64,000 bases of DNA from positions 29,080,192 to 29,144,191 of the forward strand of contig NC_057738.1 of assembly GCF_004010195.1 (NCBI RefSeq), in the 5' to 3' direction. Positions within the stretch are counted from its first letter, which is position 1, and the number at the start of each line of letters is the position of its first letter. Both the position numbers and the translations under genes were made by a program. This DNA comes from Chiloscyllium plagiosum (lineage: Eukaryota). Shown piece by piece: positions 12,334 through 23,149 of this stretch. The notes under the pieces were generated by a model. It did not search any database. It was not told the DNA's origin and saw nothing but the letters and a program-made list of their open reading frames with translations.

Positions 12334-12685
12334 GGGAAGGCAGTAGCACAGTGGTAATGTCACTGGATTAGTGTTCTTCAGACAATGTTCTGGCAATATT
12401 AATTTGAATCCCACCATAGCAGATGGTGGGATTTGAATTCAGTAAATTCTGGAGTAGAGAGGTGGCCTAATGGTGACCATATAACCACTGTAGATTGTTG
12501 TAAAAATCTGTTTGTTTCACTAATGTCCTGCAGGGAATGTAATCTTGGTGTGGTCTGGTGTATATGTGACTCCAGACACACATTAATGTGGTTGACTTTT
12601 AAATGGTGCTCTGGAAAATGAGGGATGAGTAATAAATGTTGGCCTAATTGGCGATGCTCTTTTCCCATGAGCAAATTTTTTAAAA
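12334..12685 (+). mobile_element. tRNA-head SINE of a second, non-HE1 family
   Basis: tRNA-like head, the internal motif gtgactccagac...tgtggttgact and an aataaatgttggcc tail. Related copies lie at about 14825-15070 (-), 16525-16830 (+), 31955-32250 (-) and 48290-48500 (+). Confidence 0.75.
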
Positions 12686-12734
12686 TGACAAATAGTTTAG
12701 TAATTTAGGCACATTTTAAAGATTGCCTGAAACA

Positions 12735-13905
12735 AAGATGACATGGAGAGGAATGATTTCTAGAGGGCCTAAATTGCTGGGGACAAAGCTGCTGGGGATG
12801 GGTGGAATGAGTTGGGAACTATTAGAGGAAAGCAGGCTCCTTGCAGAGTTGTTGGGCCAGCTGAGGTTTTGAAGTTGGGAGAATGCCTGGAAGGATTTTT
12901 TAGAATAGAATAGTGTGGAAACAGGCCCTTCAGCCCAACAAGTCCACACCAACCCACCCAAACGCTTTCCATTACCCTACATTTACCCCTGGCTAATGCA
13001 CCTAACCCACACATCCCTAAACACTCTATGGGCAATTTAGCATGGCTAGTTCACCTAATCTGCACACCTTTGGAGTGTGGGAGGAAACTGGAGCACCCGG
13101 AGGAAACCCACATAGACACGGGAGAATGAACAAACTCTACACAGACAGTCGCCTAAGCCTGGAGTTGAATCCAGGTCCCTGGCGCTGTGAGGCAACAGTG
13201 CTAACCACTGAGCCACTATGCTGTACATAATAAGCTCCAAAGCAAGCTAGCTAGTTTGATGGCTTCAAAAGAAACACCCATCAATAGAGTTGCTTTCCAG
13301 TAAGGTACAGATAGAATTCGGTGGCTTATTGAACGCTCTTCAGTATCAAAGTTGGAAGTAGAAAGGAGGGAGGTGAGAGAGAGCTTGAGATAAAGGGGAA
13401 CGTGAAAAGAATAAAGTTATTTTTATTCTTAAAAGGTTCTAGTTTTACCATCTGCAGTACAGAAATTTTAACAACAGATCACCAAGAGCAGGAAATTTGA
13501 GAGGTGAGAAAGATGAGAGTGAGAATTATAAATTGAGCTGTTAGCAGACAGAATGCCAATGTAGATCACCGCTTACAGGGTAATGGTTGGATCAAACTTT
13601 ATGCAGGTCGGGATACAGTAATTGAGTTGAGGATGAGCTCCGGTCAATGTAAGGAAGGACACTGCCAGCAGAGCAATAAAAATAGGCTGAAGCCAACAAT
13701 GCATTGGGTAGAGGTTATGGGATCTGAAGCTCAGCACAAAGTCAAATGACATGCTGACACTGAGAACAGTTCGCTTCAGCCTGAGACAACAGCCAGGGGG
13801 AACAATAGAATCGGTTGTGAGGAAATGGAGTGTTGAAAGTGGTGAAAACAAGGTTCCCAACGATTCACTGAGGAAATTACAACTTATCCAGGCTTTCATT
13901 TTCTT
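12735..13905 (-). mobile_element. Decayed L2 LINE split by an HE1 SINE and a duplicated segment (pieces about 12735-12895 and 13502-13905)
   Basis: The MKAWISCNFL motif resembles L2 IKxWMxxNFL. L2-like 3' sequence is present at 12735-12800. Confidence 0.55.
12900..13221 (-). mobile_element. HE1-type V-SINE
   Basis: Head, V-domain and tail as in the other copies. Confidence 0.92.
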
Positions 13906-14309
13906 TTTCAATAGGCAGTAAAGGCAGTTTCTCTGTTAGAACCTGTCATACCATTGTATAAGTATTTCAATTTTATCTTTTTAAAATTCCAGTCCTTTTG
14001 ATTTTACAAGAACAAAATCAAGGCAATTTATCTGTACATATTATACTCCAAAGCAAGCTTCATGGCTTCAAAAGAAACATCCACCAATAGAGTTGCTTTC
14101 CAGTAAGATATAGATAGAATTTGGTGGCTTATTGAAAGCTCTTCAGTATCAAAGTTGGAAGTAGAAAGGAGGGAGCTGAGAGAGAAAGATTGAGATAAAG
14201 GGGAAAGTGAAAAGGATAAGGTTTGTTTTTAATTCTTAAAAGGCTATAGTTTTACCATCTGCAGTACAGAAATTTTAACTACAGATCACCGAGAGCAAGA
14301 AAATTGAGG
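13222..14309 (+). repeat. Direct repeat of about 280 bp (13222-13501 and 14032-14309)
   Basis: Colinear from ctgtacata...ctccaaagcaagc through ...cagatcacc.agagca.gaaa.ttgag, with scattered substitutions and small indels. Confidence 0.93.
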
Positions 14310-14824
14310 TTGGACTTGCTTTAGTTTCTCCTGTTTCTATGATTTCTACATTTAAAGTAACTATACTTGATGCTGGAGGGTAGCAAAAAAAGCATCATCG
14401 CCTTTAGTAGTTTCAGCTTGTCATAATTAGATTTTAAAACCTCCAAAACAGACATATAATAAAGACTGAAAATGCTGGAGAAACTCAGCAGGTCTTTACT
14501 TCATACCTCCAGCATCCACAGTAGTATGCTTTCATTTTATGTTCATCACATGCACTTTGAATCAAGCACAAACATTCATGAACGTAATACTTAACCTTCC
14601 AGCTGTAGAACTGTTTTACTTACATTATAAAAGCTGAAGCTTTATTCTTAAGACTATGACAGGTTGACGCAGAATAGAAAAGTTCTCTTCCACATTCTGT
14701 ATCACCGGCAGCAGTCTGAATATCTCAGCTTTTGAAAAGGTCAATCAAGCTGGTATATTTGAGGGAACAATTTTCTGAAAATTGGGAGGAAAATATGAGA
14801 CATATCTATTGTTATTTTTATAAC

Positions 14825-15070
14825 CACTTACGTAACGTCGGTGTTGCCAGCAAGGCCAACATTTGTTCTCTTTGCTTAATTTTGCCTTGAGGAAGTGGTG
14901 GTGAGCCACCTTCTTCAATATAACTGAATGGTTTTCTTGGCCATTTCTGAGGGCAGTTAAGAATCAATCATATTGGGATGGGACCAGAGTCACACATGGG
15001 CCAGACTGGATCAACATGGCAGATTTCCTTTCCTGGATTGCTATCCCAGTAGTACAGCCACTATGTTACC
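14825..15070 (-). mobile_element. Non-HE1 SINE copy
   Basis: Reverse complement of the 12334-12685 family (ggccaacattt...gagggcagttaagaatcaa...gagtcacacatg). Confidence 0.7.
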
Positions 15071-16089
15071 TGTACTCTGAGTTAACAATGATTTATATCC
15101 AAAGATTGACAGTCTTGCACATAAGTATTCATCGACCAACAAGGTTAGTAATAATGTGCATTACTTTCTTGGTGTAATCCCAGGTCACAAATGAATGGTA
15201 CATTTATTTATACATGCAATTATTAACTAGTTTTCCCTGTCCAAATGTGCACCGCTAGCCTGAGATTTCTGCAAAATGCTTGAATTGGTGTACTAAATGC
15301 ATTTGGCTTGGAATCCTTTGTCAACATGTAATGAGTGCCTCATTAGAGAAAATCCTGGGCATTTGTGTTTCGTGAAGCAATGTGACAGCACAGTCTGCTG
15401 TGGTGTATGAATAATTTATTCCACTTGATTAAGAGGAAAACCATACCAGTTAAACTGATGCTACCAAGATAGCATTTAAGAGTCATGGTCTGTGTTTTCC
15501 CCACTGAATGTTTTTAAGCATGTACTGTGTTAATCTTTTAAGTGTGAATAATGATTTCCCAGAGACTGGAGGTGGTATCTCATGATGATTGACCTAACAA
15601 AAAAATCATTCCTTCTTTTCTCATGCAGCTCATTTGCAAATTTAGATGATCTTGAATTCACTAATTTTAAATTTGATCTATATATAGGAGAATCATAGGT
15701 AGGGTTATGTATTCAAAGAGCTGAGAAAAAACATACAAAGCTCTTGAAGGCAATGCCATTCCACGAAGTCTGAATACAGTTAAAGTGTGAAGTTCACTCT
15801 GCAGTGGTAACAACATGAAGAATGTAATGAAATAAGGGCAGAACACTACAAACATGGTAAGATTCTGGATTAAATTGAAACATGTAACGAGAAGTAACAA
15901 TATATAACATGTTAATCCAACATTTGGTCATTGTTTTAAACCTGAAGTTTTAGCCACACTGCTTCCTTTACAAGTAACAAAGCGATTGTTACTGAAGTTA
16001 TCACTGTTTATCTAATAATGTGGAGAATTTTTGGCAAGAGTTTCCTGAGGTGGCTGACAGAAGTAGATTTAACCAGACGTTACTTCAAA

Positions 16090-16300
16090 CAAACAGACAG
16101 AATGTTGGAGAAAATCAGCAGGTCTGACAGCATCAGTTGAGAGAGAAAGTGAGTTAATGTTTTGAGACTGGTATGACTCTTCTTCAGAACTGTTCTGAGG
16201 ACGTTCTCAAGAAGTCATGCTGGACTTAAAACGTTAGCTCTGTTTTAGTCTCTCCACAGTCGTTGCCAGACCCACTGAATTTTTCCAACGTTCTGTTTCA
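16090..16300. mobile_element. Old inverted pair of PLE pLTR fragments
   Basis: The left arm cagcaggtctg...gagttaatgttttgag...cttcttcagaac is mirrored by the right arm gaagtcatg...aaaacgttagctc...ccagaccc. HHR cores are degenerate. Confidence 0.7.
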
Positions 16301-16524
16301 ATTAATGGACTATTTAATTTGACACTCCTTACTGTTTTCAGTTTTTAATGGAAGTTAAAATTACAGACAATTTGCATAATTACTGGTAAATATGTTAATC
16401 TCTATCCCTTAAACATTCTAATGTTTTTTACTGCAAAGATAGGGATACGTGAAAGAGCAACATCTTAATGTTATGATTTGAAATCGTTAAGAGTCATGAT
16501 TCTAAAACCTTCATTTTCTCCTCA

Positions 16525-16830
16525 CAGTAGTGTTGTGGTGATGCTACTGAACAAGTAACATTGAAATCTAGACTACATCAGAGAATGTGAGCCAAAAGTC
16601 ATCACAGCAACTGAAGTTCACTTTAAAAGTAGTGACTATGAGGCTGCTGATTATTGTTTTAAAAAAAAAACTGGTTCATGACTGTTCTTGAGGAATGAGT
16701 AGCTGTATGTGACTCCACACTTACACCAATGTCTTTCATTCTTAACTGTCCTCTGAAATCACAGAGATAATCAGGGCTGGGTATAAAAAGCCAGCTTTGC
16801 CAGTGATAAACATATAACCAAAGATTTAAA
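16525..16830 (+). mobile_element. Non-HE1 SINE copy (degenerate)
   Basis: Shares ctggttca...gtgactcca...cttaactgtcctctg with 12334-12685. Confidence 0.6.
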
Positions 16831-16989
16831 CAAAACCTGTTGCTAATCAGTCTCTGATCTGACTAAACACTGATAATAGCAGGAGATATTTGGTTTCCAT
16901 AACTGTTATTGTTTTCCTGAGTGTTATAATCTTGGTTACTGTACTGAAGTACTGGACTTAGCTTGGAGATTTCAGAAGACAATATAGGT

Positions 16990-17280
16990 AGCAATAAGGA
17001 GATGGTGCACCCTTAACAGTGTTCTTTTTCAGATGAGGCTACATACAGAGGTCACTCTTTTGAGGTACTAAGGCAGCAGAGTTTTCTTGGTACCCTGGTC
17101 AACAATTACCCTTCAATAGTATTTCCTAACAAAGAGATTCTGGTAATTTTTCTCATTGTTTGCTAGATTTTATCGTGTGCAGTTTGCCTACAATGATGTT
17201 TCACAAAGTATTATGAAGCACATTTGAATGCCCTTAGGCCATGAAAAATTCTACACAAATTCAAAACCTTTAATTTCCTT
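16990..17280 (+). mobile_element. DeuSINE (SacSINE1-like) remnant
   Basis: cctggtcaacaattacccttcaa...gattctggtaattt...tgtgcagtttg...caaagta resembles the Deu domain and tail. Related remnants lie at about 31820-31945 (+) and 62950-63200 (-). Confidence 0.55.
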
Positions 17281-17898
17281 TTCAATGCACCATTGTCCAT
17301 GCCAAACTTTAGGGGCCACCATCTTGGTTATTAGATAGAAAGCTTCATGAAGATAAAGTTCAAATCCTTGCTTGGTTTGGAACATTTTGTTCAATAAAAT
17401 AGATTTACTACGAAATAGCTATACACAAAAGCTTCTTACACCGCTCTATCCTAACTTGACTTGAAGATAATGTTTGAATACTAGGAATAAAATAGAACGT
17501 TTTAAAATTTAATTATCATAAATGGGTACAGAATCTCATGCCACATTAATTCAATCCCATTGCAGCTTATCTTCACCTTTTAGACCTGCTGTCATAGATC
17601 AGCCATTGCATTTCAGCACATGCTTTGACTCACTGAGTAATGCAATAAGTTACTTAAAAACCCTTACCATGTTTAAGAGACTGAAATTAAAATATTGACC
17701 AGTTGCTACACTGCTGGATATATGTAATTGTGCTCTTTTACTAACGTCATAAATTATGCTGAGTGTTTTACATTTCAGAGAACATAGGGGTGTTAACCTT
17801 GCAAATAGTATGACTTTCAAATGTTTTAAAAAAACAATCTTTTACAAAATAACAGTTCAGATTTCGTCCAATAACCTGATTTAACATGACTTTTTTTT

Positions 17899-18184
17899 AA
17901 GATTAGATTAGATTACTTACAGGCCCTTCGGCCCAACAAGTCCGCACCGAAGCACAACCCACCCATTCCCCTACATTTACCCCTTTACCTAACACTACGG
18001 GCAATTTAGCATTGCCAATTCACCTGACCTGCACATTTTTGGACTGTGGGAGGAAACTGGAGCACCCGGAGGAAACCCACGCAGACACGGGGAGAACGTG
18101 CAAACTCCACACAGTCAGTCGCCTGAGTCGGGAATTGAACCCAGGTTTCTGGCGCTGTGAGGCAGCAGTGCTAACCACTGTCCT
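17899..18184 (-). mobile_element. HE1-type V-SINE (young)
   Basis: agattagattag tail, V-domain and CpG-rich head. Confidence 0.93.
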
Positions 18185-19419
18185 GAGGGAGAGAATATAA
18201 TACCTATGATACCGTTTATTTAGATTTTCGGAAAGGTTCATGCACTTTCTGTCCGAACATACAATTTAAGAGGAGGGCATTCAAACCTTCATGAATTTTT
18301 GTCCCATTTTCCATTGTTATCAATAATTATTATTGATGTTGTGTTATTTTTGATTTCTAGCAGTGTGGTCTTCACTATGGGAAGACATTTACTACTAATA
18401 AAATTGTTTCTTGTCAAAACAATTCTACTATTAATTTCTGGCATGGACAGACAATTGATTTTTGAGACTCATTGCACTCAATTCCATAAGGTAAATCTAT
18501 TAATTTCAGAAACTTACTTTGCCATTCTGTCATGCAGATGTGCATTAGTATGCAAAAGAGTGAGAAATCTAGTCTATACAGAGGTCTTTGTCAGTTATTA
18601 TGCTTGAGTGATAGTCACAGCAGTGAGAAAGGTCATTTCACTTGTCCAGTCACAGTTCCTCCAGGACCAGACTGTTCCTTAAATTATGTCTCCGACATGA
18701 TCTCTGCAAGGTCATTCTGAATACTATACTACCTAAATGCATCCTAACCACCATTAGTCCTTATCATGTCTTTTCAACTTGTACCTTTGCCCAAAAAGAA
18801 CAGTTTAACTTGAAATTGTGCTCCAAACCACCTTAACATTTGGCAATCAGCATTGTGGGTCTTCTCTAAACTTCTATCTTTCTGGACATTTTTCTTCTGC
18901 TTTACTGATTGCAAGTGAGGAGAGTATTTAAGCTGTAGCCTTATCAAAATTTACAAATCTACTGATTGGTCAACAAATAGAGTAAATAAATATTAGACTT
19001 TTGTTTTATGTAGCAGCTTAACATGGTAATTGTTCAGTCTACTTTAATGGCTGCATCTTTTTTTAGCAACCTTCCCTACCAACTTCCAAGATCAATGTTA
19101 CTCATTAAGTAGGACTCCTATTTTTGTTGATCTTCTGCATCTGATTAAAGCATGTTTGCTTTTCTATGAATCTTTGGCTTCATCAGCTTCAGCTGTGACA
19201 CATGCCTTTCCTGACCCTTTTTTGCCATCGACTAATGCAGTTACTCTCCTCCAGTGAGTCTGCCACGAACATCTTCATCTGTTACAATGGGTTCTGCTTC
19301 ACGTTAAACTGTGGCTCTGGTCCCTACATTCTAGAAGCTAATTACTGATCCTAAAATATCCACCCCCATATTTCAGATACATCTGGCAGATCTCACCCAG
19401 GTGCAAAGATGTAACAGAA

Positions 19420-19900
19420 TATCTGCCTCTATCAATCCAAGATTAAAAGCTGAAACCAAAGACAGACCGTGGGTGTGCAGTGCCGTTTTGCTCACGACAT
19501 GTTTTCTATGTGAAACTTGGACTCTACACCAACAGGGCGTGAAGCAATTAGAAAGATTACACCACAACATACACTCTCTTTCATGGAAATTGAATGGTAA
19601 GGCACAGCAACAAACAGCAATGTGGTGCAGCACGCCAACATAACCAGCGTTACAGTCAAAGATGTGCAGGTGCATCTCCAGTGTACTGGACATGTCCGCA
19701 GGTCAGATAAATGGGATCCCCACTCATTCAATGGCCAGCTGATAACAGGAAACATTTCAGTGATATGTTTTTCAATCTTTGGTTCAGGGTATGACGTTAA
19801 CCCAGAAACCTTTAAAAGTTTAGTAAAGGCCGCAGTCTAGGAATCCAATATGAAGCACGGTTTCAGGCACTTGAAAACCAACATTATGAACAGCAGAGTA
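19420..19900 (+). mobile_element. Old RTE-clade LINE remnant
   Basis: The ORF AVLLTTCFLCETWTLHQQGVKQLERLH resembles the RTE motif AVVLTTLLYGCETWTxxxxxxKQLExFH. Confidence 0.7.
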
Positions 19901-20064
19901 AAGCTGATCACATAAAAAATTACCAGCAATTGTCAGTGGCCTCAGATTTTAAGATCTGGTTTTCCTGACTACATTCCTTCCTCATATTCCCTACAGGAAT
20001 ATGTTGCAGAATCATAAAGATTTACAGCAGAGAAGGCCATTTAGTTCACTCTGATGGCACGGTC

Positions 20065-20425
20065 ATTGGGATGTACAGCACGGAAACAAACCCTTCGGTC
20101 CAACTTGTCCATGCTGACCAGATAGTCCCATTTGCCAGCACTTGACCCATTTCCCTTAAATCCTTCCTATTCATATACCTATCCAGATGAATTTTAAACG
20201 TTGTAATTGTACCAGCCTCCACCACTTCCTCTGGCATCTCATTCCATTCACGCACCACCCTCTGCATGAAAAAGTTACCCCTTTAAGTCCCTTTTAAATC
20301 GTTCTCCTCTCACCTTAACTTATGCCCTCTAATTCTGGACTCCTCCACCCCAAATAGACCTTGTCTATTTATGCTATCCATGCCCCTCATGATTTTATAA
20401 ACCTCAGAGGTCACGCTTCAGCCTC
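20065..20425 (-). mobile_element. CR1 3' fragment within an older CR1 remnant (about 20005-20880)
   Basis: The ORF QRVVREWNEMPEEVVEAGTITTFKIHLDRYM is followed by a CR1 3' UTR. Confidence 0.88.
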
Positions 20426-21924
20426 TGACACTCAAAACAGCACCAGCCTATTCAGCCTCTCACCAAAGATCAAACCCTATCCATTTAGCTTCACTGCCCC
20501 ATCCTTTCCTCATAGCTTTTTAATTTTTTGTCTGTTTTTAAATATTTATCCAACTCCTTTAAAAATGTTATGGATTCTACTTTTATCACTGCTTGTGGCA
20601 CTGTAGATCACATCTTAGTATGTATTTGTGGCAATGATCTTAAATTTATACATTCTAGCTACTACCTCAGAAACTATTGGAAATAGTTTTTCCTATATTT
20701 ATCTCATCAGAACCCCTCCCATTCTGAACACCTGCAATCAGAAATAATCAATGTTCTTGCTTCTGTTGAGAAATTTTCCTTGTTCTCCAAATTGGTGACA
20801 TCTGAGGGAACTACTTATGTGCTGTCTTACTATCATATCCTTCCGCGAGCATCCAAACTGGACACAATATTCTCCTGTATGTCAAGTCATTGATAGACAT
20901 GGAGGAATATTGCCCATTTGTGGTCTATACCCATTCTTATAACTTGTCTGCACCTATTGCTGACACCTGTACTCACTTGAGGTTTAGGATTGCCCATGGA
21001 TATGGGCACAAGGTGAGTGATTGTGGTAACGGGTTGACAGTCAAGGATTGTGGCAGCTGATTGCAATGTTGTCATGGCTTCCCCAATTTGTCAGAGGCAG
21101 ATCCTTTGATCAGGAGTGCCCACGAGTGAGAGGTTTTCCCTGGAAGCCCACAAGCACATGGACAGCATTTACTTTTTGGGCTCCATCCTGCTCTCCATTC
21201 CCACCCACCTGCCTAATGTTACATGAATATTAGCCTCTCACAAGGGTATTGATTGCCCATTTGACAGCCTCAACCTGCCACAGGGAGGTCACTAGATTCC
21301 ACTGAAAATGTCAGAATTATAGGTCATTAGGTACGACAAAGAGACTAAGATAGGAAATGTAAGGGAAATTAGAGAAAAGATGACAGGCAGATGATGGGAA
21401 GGCCAGAAAGTGTTAAAATTTTGACAAATGTGAAAAGGGTTTCATTTTAAACAAATCTGGAAACTATATAGCTTAACAATTCTTGCAAGTTAGAATTTCA
21501 AGAATATGTATTATTGTTCATTTACTTTACAACTATGCCCGTTTTGTACTATTTCAGTTTGTTTACTTTCATAACTTTGATAAATACATAGAAAATCTTC
21601 AAAATTTGTATCAGCTCTGTTAAATGACCTGTTTAGGCATAGAATGATGATTTAAGTACATGGTACTTGAGCACAAGGCAAAATATAACTGCAAGCTTAA
21701 ATTTATCCCTGTTATGATCACAATTAAATACTTGTATATTTTTAACAGATGCTTTGCGATCATAATTGGTGCAATCATGTTCTGACTCCAAGAAGTTAGT
21801 CATAAGCCTATAATATGCTAACACTAGTTGATGCTTGATCTCTTCGTTTGATCTCTTCCGATTATTTTAAGTTAATGATCAAGAAAATTATGATTAGTTT
21901 TATGAAGGCATTGAGAGATTGGTG

Positions 21925-21969
21925 GAAACACGAAACAAAACAAAACAAAAACATTGTACTGAATTTATT
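21925..21969 (-). terminator. Probable EXOC2 polyadenylation signal with GU-rich downstream element
   Basis: The minus strand reads AATAAA ttcagtacaa tgtttttgttttgttttgtttcgtgtttcc: a hexamer, a CA and then a strong G/U tract. Confidence 0.65.
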
Positions 21970-22562
21970 TGCATTTTTGATGAACAGAAGTTTTGAAATA
22001 CATGAAGTTCGCTAAATACATGAAAATTAATTAGCAGAAAACGCTCTCAAATGAAGTCTCTTCCATGAATTTAAAGCATTACAAATCCAACAATGTTCAC
22101 AATTCTTGCTATTTAAACTTACTGATGGCAAAACAGCAAAAGTACTGTCTGCTTTAATGCATCAAGTCTTTTAAGAGGCCCTAAAAATAACATGTGGGAA
22201 ATACTAAAAAGTAAGCTTGCAACATTCTCTTTTGGATCTGGACTCATCACTGTCTTGAATGCCTTCTTCTGACTACTTTTCTTTTCATGTTTGCAACTTT
22301 GCAAAACTGTGCCATTCCCAGGTCCAAAACTCTGATTATGTCACTAAACCACTAAGATTTGCAGATTACATTTTTAAAGTATACATGACAAATATCGAGG
22401 AAACTATGGATAAACTGTAGGAATTTTAGAATTCTACTTCAGTGGTTTAAGTATTAATTTAAGTTGGTTGGGAGAAATACAGATAGTAGAACCATTTTTA
22501 AAAGAGGGCTAAATTCTGTCATGCTGTATAAGGTACCCACACAACCACAGGCCTTTTCACCA
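21945..22562 (-). other. EXOC2: Putative EXOC2 3' UTR (about 0.6 kb)
   Basis: Repeat-free AT-rich sequence between the stop codon and the AATAAA at 21964-21969. The end point is inferred. Confidence 0.6.
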
Positions 22563-22656
22563 TCAAGTCTTTACCATGCTTCGTGTTGAAGGTCGAAAAC
22601 AGGTAAGCTGTAAGTGCATACTGCTCTTGAATTTGTTGAGGAGCTCTTCAAGTAAC
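22563..22656 (-). CDS. EXOC2: EXOC2 last coding exon including stop codon
   Basis: atgatag|G TTA CTT GAA...AAG ACT TGA. Translates as [30 protein letters not shown], matching the recalled EXOC2 C-terminus [20 protein letters not shown]...MMKT. Confidence 0.97.
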
Positions 22657-23149
22657 CTATCATGATGAAACAATAGTTAGCTCATGATTCATTCCCAACA
22701 GTAAACAATCACATTTTAGTTTATTCAAGTTGAAATTAAAAAAACTGTTTAAAAAATTGTGATTAATCTTAAATTGCATTGAGCATTTAAGTCAGTTCAT
22801 CTTGGTTTTAATTGCGAATTTAATTGACATAGTACAATGCAATCTCTGTGTTTGTTTCATTATTGGCATTTGTGATTTTCATCCACCAAGAGAGTCAAAC
22901 ACAAACTGAGGTAGTGGCCTTGACAATAAGAGGGGTGGAGAGGAAAATACAGGATTAGGATCTGATCAGGAGTGTTAAACATGAACATCAGCTGTGACCT
23001 GTAGTGAGAGGGTGGGCAGGGGTGTAAACTGGAATCAGGATGAAGTCAGTCCCTGGCCAAGATATGAGCTATTTATTCAGATTGTGAAACAACCACAGAT
23101 TCAAGCAGTGCACCCAGTATTAGAGGAGCAGAAATTTCCACAAGTTATC

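Noticed and set aside
13222-14309. LTR retroelement or TRIM with 280 bp LTRs
   Set aside because: There is no ...CA right terminus, PBS, PPT or TSD, and the internal sequence is an L2 remnant. A local duplication fits better.
1-21900. IRF4 3' exons expected from synteny
   Set aside because: I found no plus-strand exon matching the IRF4 C-terminus by eye. It is probably outside the window, and TBLASTN would be decisive.
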